Notes: a model not told the origin generated them from the letters alone. A stretch of DNA of 64,000 nt from the human T2T-CHM13v2.0 reference genome, Homo sapiens (GCF_009914755.1 NC_060933.1), one strand, 5' to 3'. Counted from the first letter of the stretch, positions 26,151 to 42,440 are shown. A program made the numbers and translations.

Positions 26151-27281
26151 TAGCTGGTTTTTAATGCTTTATTTTTCACTGTGTGCCAGGGAATTTCAGG
26201 TCATCACATTTACCCATTATCTTCCATGAGAGCTCTGTTCCAGTCCTCATTTACCTGGTTCCCTCTGGGAAATCTTCTTTCATAGAACAGAATTTCCTCT
26301 GGGCATCACCTGCCAGACAAAATACTCCTGACTTGAGGCCACCAATTAAGAACAAAAGGAGGGAAGACTCTTACACTGAAGACTGGGAAGGGCTTTAAGT
26401 GGAGCACTGGCGCTGCCTGGCAACTGGGCACTGTGCTTTAGCCAGTCCTCACCTGTGCCAGCATGTCAGCTGTAGGAACCGTGACGGTAATTGCGGAGCC
26501 AGAAAGCAAATCTCACAGAGTGTGTCCCTTGCTTTTAGATGTGGGGTGGGAGAATTAACCAAAATGGCTTTGGAGTTACCCCAGCTAGGGCAGCAGCTCC
26601 TATTACCCTACCTATTATTTAGTTTTCAGAAATAGCTACTCAGGAACAGGGAGAGAAAAGGATGGTGAAAGTATGAAGCTGGTAGTGAGATGGTAAAAAA
26701 AAAAAAAAAGGATTTGTTTTTGAAATGAAGAGACAGGGGGCCAAAGAATGTTTTAAAAGATGATTTAGAATCCTGCTCTGCTTCTTCATGGTTAGGACAA
26801 GACTGATGTCTTAGACTGATGTTCTGCTATTCATTCCTATTACCACTCACCAGAAAACCCTGTCATAAAAAATTCTTCATTTGGGAGATAGGATAAATAC
26901 CTCAACTCAGGGATAATCACTGTAGCTATGGCTTGGGGGAAGCCTGTGCATAAGGGCCTAAGGGCCAAGCCTCATGACCCAGGAGGTAGACACCAGAATC
27001 ATAAGTGGAGAAGGCTTACTTCCTTCTGGGAGGACTGGCTTGGCCTACTCCTGGCCCTCATCCCCTTAGCCAGATGTTGAGGATGCTCCTGCCTTACATT
27101 TGGACCAGTTTAAGACATTGGTCTTGGCCTATGTCAAGTCTTGTGACCTACAAGGTCTTTGAACCCCACATCACCCTCGCCTCCCCCATTTCAATCTCTT
27201 TAGGGAAAGATCATCTAATTTAATGGAGAAAGGAGTTAAGGTACAAAGTTCTTTAAAAATAGATCTACAATGGTTAAAATT

Positions 27282-27642
<361 letters not shown>

Positions 27643-29186
27643 CTAATACAATTTTTTTTTAAAAAAATTGAGAAGCAGGACCTAGGCAGCAAAATAAGAA
27701 GGTGTGTGGTGGGCAGTGGGGAGGAGGCAGTCCCTTCCCTTTTCATATTCAGATTCAGACAACACAGACTTTTGGGGATGAGGCCTTTCATAGGAGAGGG
27801 AAAATTATTCTAAGACCAGGGGAGTTGGACGGGGCTGGGGATTTGGGGTTGGGTTTCTGGGGGCTTTCTACTTGAGGTGCCCCTTAGACAGGGCCCAGAG
27901 GACAGGAAGATGGCAAGGTTGTTCAAGGTTAACAGCGCTTTAGGGAGCACAGTCCAGAGGATCTTTCAGTTTCCTTCTAGAATGTGGATTCCAGTTCTTC
28001 AAGATAAGGGAGGAGGCATAGACACTGAGGAGAATACTGCCCAGGAATCAGTACAAGACATGTGGTTGGAGACTCCTTGAGAGCCCCACACCTGGTAGGA
28101 AGCAGAAGCAGGAGAAATGCCAGCAGACACTGACATTTGTCTGGGCCAGATTGACGTGTGGATTCTTGTCTGAATCTTGGCCCCAAATCTCACTTAAGGC
28201 TTTTTAGTAAGCTTCAATTACTCAAGGAACTGAGCCTGGCCTGCACTGGTTCATAAATCTTTGGGGCTCCTTGATTTGCAGGAAAGCAAAGTAATTGGCA
28301 GAGTCTATGGGATTTCTTCCCTCTGGCCTTGGAAGAATAAGGACCAACTTGTCTGCAATGGACAATGGACTTGGAGGGCTAGTATCAAATAGCTTTTCCT
28401 CTCTGTGGCATTTCCTGTCGCTGCCCTTCCTCTCCTTTTTAGCTTGTTCTAAGTCTCTAACCCCCATTATGCCTGGCAGGCACTACTCTTTGCCCACAAA
28501 GATAATTTGCAGCTCTAAAGCTCAGCTCTCTAGCCAGAGCAGTCTCCTAGTCTTTCCTTTTTGTCATCCCAATAATTAAACATTGGTGAACTTGCCACTT
28601 GTTCAGAACTTTGATAATCACTGAACCCCAACAAGGGGGAGGGCACAATGTACACTGGGGAGGGAAAAACACCAAGCCCTGGTTCTTGCCAAGAAGAATT
28701 TAAAAGTGCAGAGATGACAGGCACACAGATCAGCCTATTTAAGGAAGAGAGAGGAACAGCAGAGGCAGGAATGCATGGAGGGTGGTAGGAGCACAGAGGA
28801 GAGCGATAATGGTAGCGATATTATCTTCTCTGACATACAAGATTGGGCCTGGGCAGGAGCCAGGTTAAAGTGGAGACCTGGCTATTGGTCACTGGGTACT
28901 TTGGCAGAGGGTTTAAAGCAACTACTGGTGAAGCTCTGCCCTGGGGGCTAGGACTCTACTTTTCGTTGCTGCTGATGTAGTTCCTACCCTGCCACAGGGC
29001 ACTCACTTACTCCCCACCTCATTTTGGGGGGTCATTTGCAGCAGGACCTTTTCCTTTACCATTGAGATAAACAGATAACCCAAAGGAAGGGTCAAGAGGC
29101 TCTAGGTGGGTGGCTGGAAAGGGTTTTTATTAAGAAGGCAATCAGGGACTGAGAGTCCTGTCCTAAGAGTGCTTAAGAAAGAGAAA

Positions 29187-29679
<493 letters not shown>

Positions 29680-30299
29680 TCAAGCAGGTCAGAGAGGGGA
29701 AGGGGAGGGTTAACCCTATTTATGAACTCCCATCTGAGTCTCCCAAGAGAAGAAAGTTCATGTGTGTGTGTTATAGGGGTGTGTGTGTGCCAGCTGGGGG
29801 TACAGAGGTAAGGAGGGGAGATTGTAGAGTAACACCAACTCAGGGTGTGTTTTTAGGGGTGAGGCTAGCCAGTTGCTGGTTATGCATCTCCATGGAAAAC
29901 AATACTCAACTGCTAAGCTAGATGGTCCTAGGATACTTGCAGGAACGTCTCTGCAGGCTCAGGGCAGTAGAGAGCCTTTGCCTGCCCACCTGTCACTCCC
30001 TGGCTGGTGCAGTGACACTTACCGGCTAACTCATACTCAAGGCATCAATAGGAAGGGGTACCACCTCGTACTCCAGGCATCAATAGGAAAGGCCCCTGAA
30101 ACAGCAAATGACCAACATTTCCCAAAGAGCCCCCTACAGCTCTACAACCCACATCTCTGAGGACACTTCCTCTTCTCTGAGTACACCCCCCTGCCACAGC
30201 CTCCCCCACCCCCATACAACCTCTACCTCTTCTAGACAGCTGACACACCTGCACTGTCTCAACCCTCCACCCCTGCTGAACCCATCTGTGCCCCTAGGA

Positions 30300-30462
30300 C
30301 AGTGTTTCTTCATATATTAATGTGCATAGAAATCATCTGGGCATATTATTTAAATGCAGATTCTGATTCAGTAGGTCTGGAACCTGAATTGTCAGCATTT
30401 CATATTAGCTCCCAGGTGGTACCAATGCTGTTAATACAGCGACCACACTTGGAATAGTGTGG
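30300..30462. mobile_element. MER5-type hAT-Charlie DNA transposon
   Basis: aaatgcagattctgattcagtaggtctgg...ctcccaggtg...gaccacactt. Confidence 0.8.
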
Positions 30463-30719
30463 CTCTAGGCCAGCCTCTCTACGCCCACACCATCCCCAGA
30501 CAGCCTCTCAAAGAGCCCTCCACCCTGACCTTAACCTGGTTACATTCCTAGTGGCAAGAGGGAACAATAGTCTGGGAAGAGAGGAGAGAAGAGGAGGGAC
30601 TTCTCAAAGCTCACGTTGGGGAGGCAGCTCTACTAAGAACTCTGGCTGGATCCAGGCAGGGAGTTGTTCGGAACAATTTAGCCCAGGTGTAGTTCTTCCA
30701 AAACTCATCCAGTCATTTA

Positions 30720-30910
30720 GTTAATGTTGCTTAAATACCTGCCAGAGGTACGGCCATGGTGCTAAGTGCTTTATCTATATTATTTCATTGAATCCTCCCC
30801 AAAACCAAGTAAGGCAAATATCATTTTCATTTTAAAATTGAAGAACTAGGTTGCATAAAGTAATATGTCCAAAGTCACACCTGGTAGGCAATTTGAATCT
30901 AATTTCCTCA
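30720..30910 (-). mobile_element. MIR
   Basis: gtgctaagtgcttt...tattatttcattgaatcctc...tccaaagtcacac. Confidence 0.75.
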
Positions 30911-31330
30911 TCTCTCTTACCCCAGCCCCTTCTCAGAGACTTAGATAAAGTCATGAGATTAACAACGTACCAGAACTTACACCTCTGTGGGACTGTTGTC
31001 TTGCAAAGCAGTCACTTGGAAGGCTGGTACCTAGTTCAATCATGTCTCTGGAGCTCAACACAAACTTGTAGCCCCTCTTTAGAAAATAGCATGGATGCTT
31101 TCTGATCACAAGCTTCCTGCTCAATTGAGTTCTCCACAGGAAGGAAATATTGGAGCCACTGAAGCAGTCGATAGCTCAAGATGGAGAGAGAGACTGGCAG
31201 GAAGCAACAAGAAAGAAAATGCGTTGGAAACTGAGAATGGTGAGCCCAGGAGACAAAAGAAGAGGGCAGTGCAAGAAAAGGAGATGAAAGGGGCCTTAGC
31301 CACCAAATTCAGTTCTGGTCCTACATTTTA

Positions 31331-31678
<348 letters not shown>

Positions 31679-32945
31679 GGCCCCTGCCCATGAAGAGCTC
31701 ATAAGCCACTGAGTGAAGCAAGTGAATAAGCAGATAATTTTAATCATATGCTGAGTGCTATGACAGAGGTTTGTATGTGTACAGGACAGAGGCAACTATC
31801 CCACTCTGGGGAATTAGGGAGGACTTCTCCAAAGAAAACTGATGGAGGAAGCAAGAATAGGAAGTATTAGTGAACCAGATGAGGAAAGGAGTGGCAAACA
31901 AAAAGAAAAAAGAAGAGAAAGGACTGGTGGGAAAGATGCACATGACTATAGAGCAGGCAAAAAGAACAGGTCAATTTTACTAGAATGTTAATGTTAGGGG
32001 ACGAAGTGGCAGGTGATGAGTCTAGAATGACAGGAAGACTTAAAATCATGAAGGGCTTTGTAAGATATGTTCAGGGTTTTGGACTTCACCTGGAAATAAT
32101 GGGGAGCCACTGAAGGATTTTCAGCCCATTGTCAGATTTAGATAGACTGACTGCTCTGGGAGCAGGTCCAAGGAATAGGCAGGAATGATTAAACTGGAGG
32201 CAGGGAGGCTAGATAAAGGTCATTGCAGTAGGTGACAAAGCTTGAAAAAGTCAGTGTCAGTGGGGTTGGAAAAAAGGAGGTGGAGAAGAAAAACATGTTG
32301 AGGTCAAACTGCTGGGGCACTAAGGCTGACTGGATCTGGGTTTGAGGGAAAAGACTTGAGCTAGGATGACTCCCAGGTTTCCTCCTGACTCAGGTGACTG
32401 CGTGAATTGTGATGCCACCAAATAAGATGGAGAAACAGAAATAAGAGTAAGGCTTGTGGTTTTGTTTTGTGTGTAAATATGTGTATGTTTATAAATAAGA
32501 AGGGCTTAGAGAAAAAAAATTAAGGAACACCAATATTGAAAAAGTAAGCAGAAGACTGACAGCTACGGTCAGAGGGGTAGGGAACCAAGAAGAGATCAGA
32601 GTCATGGATGTCTAGGAAAGGCAGAGTTTTGAGAAGAATAATGTAAGACAGAGGAACCAGAACCGGAGTCCTAGAGGGGCTCTTGTATGACAAGAGAGAC
32701 TGGAAAATAGTTGAGGCCGGGAGAAAGAACCAGCATAGAATGGCCACTTGTTTGAAGACATGAGGGAGGACTCAAGATGCTGTTCTCAGGCTTGCTGATA
32801 TTTCAGCAAAAACTTATTTTGTTCTAAGAAATTATGGGTCTGATTCTTGTGAGGCTTGCAAGTCCTCACCGAGAGACATTCTCTAGTAGAAAAGTCCAGT
32901 CACGGTCCAGAGATCATGGCACATTTGCTATCTTTTAGGAAGTGT

Positions 32946-32997
32946 GGGCAAGGGGTGGGCTGAGGGCAAGGGGTGGGCTGAAGGCAAGGGAGGCTGA
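32946..32997 (+). repeat. 18-bp G-rich tandem repeat (GGGCAAGGGGTGGGCTGA) x~2.8
   Basis: Two perfect units plus one degenerate unit. Confidence 0.9.
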
Positions 32998-33334
32998 CCA
33001 GGGCTTGGCCAAACTAGAGGCAATAGTAAGCAGTTAGGTGGGTAGTCGCCCCAAATTCTGGCTGCACCAGAGTCCCCTGACTTAGTTTTGGCCTATCGTC
33101 CCCAGGCTATGGCAAAAAGCAGCAAAGACCCTTGACTTCTAGTCCTTGAGGCAGGGGGCCAAAGCCAACACGGACCTACCAGGAGTGGCCTGAGAATCCA
33201 GAACACAGAGAGGAGCAGCCTGCGTTGCGATTTTCCCAGAACCCACAACACTTGTTCCACCAACAGTGAACATCCAGAGGGAGGCTCAACCATGGAACCT
33301 ATACTCTGTTATGTGGTAATCATGCTTTCTCACC

Positions 33335-33625
33335 TTTTTGTTTTTTGAAATAGGGTCTCACTCTGTCACTCAGGCTGGAGTGCAATGGCACGACCTCAGG
33401 TCACTGCAATCTCCACCTCAGCTCAAGCAACCTGCCACCTTAGCCTCCCGAGGAACTAGGACTACAGGTGTGTACCACCACACCCAGCTAATTTTTTGTA
33501 GTTTTGGTAGAGATGGGGTTTTGCCATGTTGCCCAGGCTTGTCTCAGACTCCTGAGCTCAAGCGATCTACCCCCTCGGCCTCCCAAAGTGCTGGAATTAC
33601 AGGCATGAGCCACCGCGCCCAGCCC
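33335..33625 (-). mobile_element. AluJ with TSD ctttctcac
   Basis: Dimer; TSD on both sides. Confidence 0.87.
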
Positions 33626-33721
33626 TTTCTCACTTTTATTATTATTATTCCTTATGCCTAGTCAAAACTTTCTCACATTTAAACCCTTCAATAATAGTTT
33701 TCTGTAAAAATAAACAAATGA

Positions 33722-34054
<333 letters not shown>

Positions 34055-35686
34055 TTATTAGTCTTCAGAGCCAGTAATGTAGTCAGTAACCTGCATGCCT
34101 CCATTGTGCTTGGAGAAGTTGAAAAATGTGCAGTTAGTATTAAGGGGAGATCCTTGTTCTTCTGTCTCCTGCATGCAAACACTGACACCTATGAGTGAGT
34201 GGGCAGTGCACTGAGGTGCAGGAAAGCCAGGCTCACACGAGGGCAGAGGACTGGCAGCCTCAATGAGGTTAGACTGACTTTTCCCAAAACTCTGACCTTG
34301 CGGACCTACTGCATTATTTAAAAAAAAAATCATATTCTGGGAAAGAACAGCCTGTGCTTGGCTATTTACAAAAGTAGGTCTGTGAATGCTGTTAGAGTTG
34401 AATGAATGTTTTATGCTATTTGGTGCATTTTAAGTAACCCAATAGGCTGAAATATTTTTGTTGTGAAGGGAATGCTTGTTCTGTACAATTAAATTTGGTT
34501 AGAATTAGAAACTCCAAAATTCCTTTGTTCCTATCAGGGGAGCAATAGTTTGTCTTCACCTACTCTGCAACCTTGTGGCTGTCAGAGGGTTAGTTATAAG
34601 GCCTTCACATCTGGGCTTCACAGAAGCACAGAATAGCCATTCAAGCAGTATTTTGGCTTTTATATGGACACCTAATTTCACAGGCAGTAGGATCCTGAAT
34701 TTTTTATATAATGACTTTCACTCTTTCCACCACTCCCTTCTATTTTACACTCCAATGAAAACATCCCGAATGTTGAAACATCAGTGATTTTGTCCTGTTC
34801 CTATGTTTAGGAGAGGAATTTTCAGCTCCTTGTTATGTCCAGGTGGGGCTAAGATGAGTTGTATCTTTATAGATAGGAGAAATGATGGTATATAGAAAGA
34901 ACCCAAAAATCCCAGATCCTAGTCTATAGTACACCCTGGGCTGTTTTGGATTCTGAGATAATTTTTCATCCTCCCCTTCCCCACCAATAGCCCAGCTCTA
35001 GCTAGCTGCAAATTGTCTGGATCGAGCTGCTTTGACATGCTGATGTTATCGGCCTCACAGTGCCTGGAGCATGCAGATAGGAACAGGCAATGGCGCCGTT
35101 TCACTGGACGTAGTAATGTAATTTAGTTTCTGAAATCCAAGTATAAAATCTTGAAAGCTGACTTTAAAATCTGCCTCAGGAGGGATGGTGGTGGTGTGGA
35201 ATTCCCAGCAGAACCATCTAAATAGGGAAATGGCTTCTGTCATGTATTAATAAACAGTTCAGAGCAATGGAAAAATAGAGAGAGGATTGCAGGGAAAGTG
35301 AGTGCCTAGTCTTTCTTCCTCCTCCCTCCTCTGAACTGGGCTGCCAGGTGAGGACCATTCCATTTGTGTGATCCCCAGGTTGGGGCTAGAAGCACCTCTC
35401 CCTGAGCATTCCTGTGAGGCCCCTGCTGCTAGGAAGATGGAACAGCAGTTTGGGTGGTCTCAACCAGCACTTTTTTTTTTTTTCTCCAGACCAGGCTAAG
35501 AATGATGGCAAAGGAGTAGTCACTTGCCTTTACTTCTATCTCCCCAACCTCATCTTGTGCCACTCTTCCCCAGGCTTACTAGTTTGCACACTGGTCTTCT
35601 TTACTCCTGATGGGGTATCAATATCCTTTTTAACCTCATGCTCCCCTTCTGGTTAAATTTTACTACATCCTTCAGGCCTCAGCTGA

Positions 35687-35926
<240 letters not shown>

Positions 35927-38770
35927 TAAAAGAAGCTTCCCATAAATGCCAGGCTCAGTTAGATCCTTCTATAATGTAGTCTCACAGCCCCTGCTCCCCC
36001 ATACATTTCTTTCATGCACTTAGCAAATTTTATTTAAATGACTATTTGTATAATTTGTTTAATAAATGTTCGTGAAGGTAGGGACCATGCCTGCCTCCAC
36101 TATGTCCTCCCAATGCTTGGCATAGAAAATGAAAGGCCATAATCTGAAAAGACAAACACTGCCTTCTACTTGATTTGAAGGCATAGCAAGGATCTTTCTA
36201 TAACAGAGAGGTGGCAAACACTCCTGACCTATCAGACCATGCTGGAGTCTTGTCTAATGGTGTCCCACAGACAGATGTTGCATTTTGTGCTCTTTGTAGG
36301 ACTACTTCTTCACTGTAAGCCTCTGGTCAGGGGCTCAAAGTTATTTTGGAGAACAGCCAAAGTAGGAGTCCCCCAAACCCTCCTTCAACTCACCTGAAGG
36401 CTTGGCCTAGTTAAAACTTCACTTAAGGTCCACAGCCAAAGCAGCAACTCAATTTCAGGTCAACTTCTCATGGAGACTAACAACAAACTGAGCAGATAGA
36501 TGCAGCCTTCTTTGTGACTAAAGGGCTAAGATCAGCCATTAGCTTGCAGATATATACTTCCACAATCAAATGATTAAGGCCCAACTCTTGTTACTGAGTT
36601 CGGAAGAATGGGAAACCAGCTTGGAATCCAAACCATCAGAAAACTCTTTGGAGGGAGATAGGAGTGGGGCTGTTCTGATCCTCTGTCTGTTCAAAGTGCT
36701 TTCTGACAACCTGGTTCTTGTAACCATGTTCAACAGGCAGTAAACACCCAAGGCAGGGAAACTCTTCAGGATTTAGACATAAGGGCAAACAGATGGTAAA
36801 GGAAAATGCAAGAAACCTCCTGGAATAGTAAACACAACCCCTGTCTAGAGAGTAGGGCCTATGAACAGTTTACCTGTGAACTGCACTGACTCTGAGAGTC
36901 TAGACAGGTTGTTTCACTTTCTGAGCTTCTAGGTCTGTTTTTATTCAGGCCCTGAGATCCCAGAAAGAGCCTCCAGGGTAGAGAGTAAATGAGTTCTCCC
37001 AGGTCAATGCCAGATGGCAGCCCTGGGATTAGAATTCATGGGCCCTTGTTTGCAGCCAGCTGTGCCCTCCCCTGAGTCCTGCACTGTTTCTTCTTCTGAA
37101 TGCTCAGGATTGTATTCAATTTAGTAAGGTTTGTGGACACATAATCACAGCTCCTAAATAAAACAATTACTACAGAGCATCCGCTGTGAGGAAGACAAAC
37201 ACTGGGCACCTTTGCCCCTGAGAGCAGACTGAGAGCGAGCTCTGGCTGAGTTTAGGTCTGTTCCACTTGAACAAAACCCAACACAAACAAACCCTCTTGG
37301 GATCTGGCAAAGTCCTCATCTGTTCTTGTTTCTTCTCCAGGCTTCCTTGTGCATTAAAAGAGCCTGTGCTTAAACCCACAGTAAGGGCCTCTGCTGGAAG
37401 CTGGAATGTGCTGTTTCCTGGAGCAAGAGAGAGGCCAAGCTGAGGGACAGCCTGGATCCAGATCCTCTGCACATTTTTTCACCCATAAATTCATTACTAC
37501 ATTGTCAACGGCCCCATCTCCAGGAGCACTATCATGCAACACCTCTTGAGGTGGGCTGGGGGCAGCCCTAGTCCTTCTAGCCCAAACTCTGCCAGGCGTA
37601 CTCAAGGCTCAGTGAACACCAAAAGTTCTTTTCTTCTCCTTGCTCTCCCCTCTCATTATGACTGGTTGGCACTAGAAGAGGGAGCCTGCAGCTGTTCTCT
37701 CAGGGTTTCATTATTTAGCATCAATTTCTTTGACCAGGAGGTTCTTTGAGGTATAATGCATGCCTTTGGGCTTGACAGTTCCTTCAATAAGGGACCCAGA
37801 AGCCTAAAAGAGGTGAAGAAAACAAGGTCTCAAAAGGAAGAGGGCCTTGCACAAATTCAGAGCAGGGCTGGTTGAGAGGAACAGGGTCCTGAGTGTTTTC
37901 ATTGAGCCTCAATCCAGGCAGACTTACCCTCCTCACTCACCAGCTCAGGGAATCATAAAGTGAGAGCTGCTCTGATTCATTTAGCCATGGAAGAGACCTG
38001 TAGGTAGAGGAGGAACTTTCAACCAGAAAATTTAATCCCTAGTATATGATTATGATTCTTCTGACCTTTCAGACTCCTCACACATGACTTGGGGAAGTGG
38101 GAGGAAGTCCCTCTATAGTGTGAATTTAACTCTTCTCTGCTTGTGGGCTCTGGGGGCCATGTGCATGACTAGGGTTGGGGTGGCAGGTTGCAAGCTCCAG
38201 ACTCGCTAGTTTTATTTCTGCTTCCATTTGCTACAACACCCACCTCATGTCAATGTCCTTCCCTCTGCAAAAAAAGGCATATTTAAATTAAGTATATTCC
38301 TATTGGTAGGCCGAAAGTCCAGTGATGGCTCATGAAAGGATCCTGCTTCAGGCCTTGAAACCTGCTCAGTGTCTCTCCTTAATTTCCCCTCCTTCATGCT
38401 CCCTTCGTCCAGATTGAAGAGGGAAGTACAGGGGTATTAGAGACAGAGGACCTTTTAATATTCCCTTGTTCCACTGGTTTCTTACCCCATCCCCAGGACT
38501 CCTACTATCCTGAAGTATTAGGGTATCAGGCCCTGGCCAGGGACAGCTTGGGAGATGACATAATTGTCTTGCAAGCTTACTTCACCTTCAGAGTGATGGT
38601 GACCTCAACAGAGAGCTAGACATGTGTGGGGGGAGGTAGGGCAGCACCTGGAGGGGATAAGGGGGAATCCCTAGACCTACAGGGCTGGTCTTGGAAAGAG
38701 AAGAGGTCATGCCCCTTTCACAGCGAAAGACATGTGCAGGAAGGCTATGCAAAATTAAATAGGCATGGTA

Positions 38771-39390
<620 letters not shown>

Positions 39391-40112
39391 TTAAATGGGC
39401 ACAATGCCTTAAGGACACAGCATCCAGGCCTTTCAGACCCGGCACAAACAGGAGGAGCTCTCCAGGGTTCTGAACCACCTCCCCTTAAGTCCTTGGAGGC
39501 TCTGGGCAAGAGCCCTGCCTGCTGGTTAATGCCTATCTTAAATGCCACTGGCTCATCTCTGCCCATTGTTGATAGCAACTGCTTGCTTGGACCCATGGCC
39601 CGCATGAACTGAAGTAGCTCCTGCATGACTCCAATCTCTCTCTATGGCTGCAGCCTGGGCTTCATGCCAGCAGCCTAGCTGCCTGGCCAGATTTTCAAGG
39701 GGTGAGGCAGAGGATCTTGGTGTGTGTGTGAAAAAATATCTCCTAGTCCCTCTGGAAGCTCAGGATAAAATAGACCTGGCTTGGGGACAAAGTGGCCATA
39801 GGGGAGGAAGGGAATTCTCCATGTGATAAATCAACAGACAGCTCATCAGCTCCTCCCCTGCCCTCAGCAGCTGCTGCACACACACGGACACACACACAAA
39901 CTCACACACGCATATACATGCATGCCAGATTCTCCTCCCTGTCACTGCAGAGCCTGTATTGCTGCAGAGAAGGTAGAGTCTCTTTTGTCTGCACTTGAGC
40001 AGAATGCACCTGCTTTGTTTCCCTCATAGATACCACAGAAATCTGGCAAAGAGCACCAAAACTTAAAACTTAAATTAAATAATTATTTCTTTTCCTAAAT
40101 CCAAGAGGAGAG

Positions 40113-40253
40113 AGCTGGGTGTGGTGGTATATGCCTGTAGTCCCTGCTACCAGGAAGGCCCAAGTGGGAGGATTGCTTGAGTCCAGGAGTTTGACTCCAG
40201 GCTGGGCAACATATTGAGACCCCCTCTCTAAGAAAAGCTAATAAAAAATAAAA
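40113..40253 (+). mobile_element. Alu monomer (FLAM)
   Basis: Single arm with A-tail. Confidence 0.8.
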
Positions 40254-40435
40254 ACATTTAAAAAAGAGGAATACATAGTCACTGTAAAAAGTCCAGATAA
40301 GCACAAAAGAAAAAGGAAAAAAATAAACTTACTCCTACTATCTAGAGCTATCCAGTGTTAACCTCCTGGCACACAGCCCGGGTCCTTGGGTGTATGTGCA
40401 TGTGCATATGTGCACGCATGTGTGAATGTGTCAGT

Positions 40436-40585
40436 AAGAGGCAGTATAGTGCAGTGCTTAAAAGCATTGGTTTTAGAGTAAGTCCTATTTGTGCCATTTA
40501 TTTATCTGTGTGATCTGGGTAAGTTTCTAATCTCTCTGGGTCTCAGTGTTTCATCTTTAGCATGAAGAAAATAATAGTACCTGTA
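40436..40585 (+). mobile_element. MIR
   Basis: gaggcagtatagtgcagtgcttaa...tctctctgggtctcagtgtttcatct. Confidence 0.75.
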
Positions 40586-41384
40586 GCTTCCAGCCTACAT
40601 TCTGCAGCCACAGCCAGGAGATGGCAGGGGGCTTCCTTTTGGTCAAAGTTCTCTCTTCTTGAGCTTTGGGCCTCAGCTCTTTTGCCCACTTGTTCTGGCC
40701 ATCACTTTCTGCCTTTGTGCCCAGGGGTGTACCATTCTTCTCCAGGGGCTCCTTATGTCAGTCAGTCCATTTGCCTGGCTTAGGCAAGCCTGCTCCTCAC
40801 TGTGAGTCCTGGCAATTTGATTCTCACATCCACCACCCTCACCTCTTCCTACCTGCTCTACTTAACACTGTTCTCCCTGCAGTCAGCACTGAGCTCCTGG
40901 TTAAAAGCCAATGGCTTTTTCTCAGGTGATCTTCTACCACCTTGGGCATCACTGGACAGTGCTGACCACATTTTTCTGGAAGCTATTTTCCCTTGGCTTG
41001 CATGGAAACATTATATCTCTATCTGTTTTGACTGCCCTTCCTACTGTCCCTCCTCTTATACTGTAGACATAAGCGCCTTTCCCAGTGGTCAGTGATTCTC
41101 TTTCCACATGTTCTCTCTTCGCATCTCATATAAACATATTATTTCAAGTAACAGCTCTCTGGGCTTTACAATCCCAAGCCCATATCTCTAGCTCTGACCT
41201 CTCTCTCCAGACCCCATTTCCAACTGCGTACTATTTCCACTGGCGTCACGTTCCTCCCCCAGCCTCGTTCTGCCTTTTAACTATCTGTATCTTGTTATTG
41301 GCAAAACACTTTCCCAGTAAATAAACTCAAAAATGGGGCAGGGGCGGTGTGGGGTATCATTTTAAAAACAATTATTGAATTAGT

Positions 41385-41790
41385 TTTAAAAATTATTTAA
41401 AGAGATAGTGTCTCACAATGTTGCCCACACTAGTCTTGAACTCCTGGCCTCAAGGGATCCTCCTGCCTCAACCTCCTGAATTGCTGGGATTATAGGCATG
41501 AGCCACTATGCCTGGCTTATTATTGAAATAATTTTGCATTTACGGAAGAGTTACAAAGAAAGTCCAGAGAGTCTTTGTATTCACTTCATATATAAAAAAT
41601 TGGAATCCTTCTGAAAGAAATATTTGTCCTTTCTCCTCCATTTACTTATTTATTCAATCATGTATTTATATCAGTATGGATTAATGTATACTTATTTTGG
41701 GAGGTTATAATCCAATATTATCATATTTGTTTTGTTGCTCAAATGTTTCCAGCTTTGGCCATTGAGAACACTTTCAGGTTGGCTCCTGTT
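41385..41790 (-). mobile_element. FLAM (to 41516) followed by an L1MB/MD 3' fragment
   Basis: Alu monomer, then ttgttgctcaaatgtttccagctttggccattgagaacactttcaggttggctcctg. Confidence 0.7.
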
Positions 41791-42440
41791 TTAACCTCCC
41801 TGTGGGCTCATTTTGATCTACTTCTTCCTCCTTTATCTCTATGGGAAACTAATCATGAACCTAGAAGGTTCTGCAGAATATCTAATGTTTATCTTTAAAA
41901 AAAATTATCAGCCAACAACCTGCTTCAGGCCCTTCTCAGCATATTCCAGGATCACTGCAGTAGTAACCCACTCATCTCCCCACCTTGTCTCCTCTTCCTC
42001 CAACTCATCTTGTATATTACTGTTAAAAGACTCTTCTGAGAATTAAACACTGCTCTTATTGCAGTACTCCTTTGCTCAAGACCTTCTGATAGCTCCTACC
42101 ACTTAAAAACTCCTCAACCTGACATCCAATAAGTTTTAAAAACATGACCCCAGTTTGCCAATCTGGCTGCTCCTCCAACTGCCATCTTTCTAAATCCTTT
42201 GATCTCTTTGCCCTAACTGTCAGCCCTCTATGCAGATGACTTCCAATTTCTATATCCAGACTGACTGTATCATTTTAAGCCATTAAAAAAAATCTGTATT
42301 GGTTTCCTTAACTTATAAAGGTAATGCATATTCAATGGGGAAAGTAACACAATACAGAAGTGAATCAAGTAGGAAATAAGCCTCCGACTCTCCTCTGCCC
42401 TCCCCGTTGCTCAGGTTGGTTTTAAGAATGAAGTGGCCTC

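Noticed and set aside
26453-26469. Possible 17-nt microexon on minus (CCTACAG|CTGACATGCTGGCACAG|GTGAGG)
   Set aside because: Short polypyrimidine tract, frame-shifting length and no other support; likely chance.
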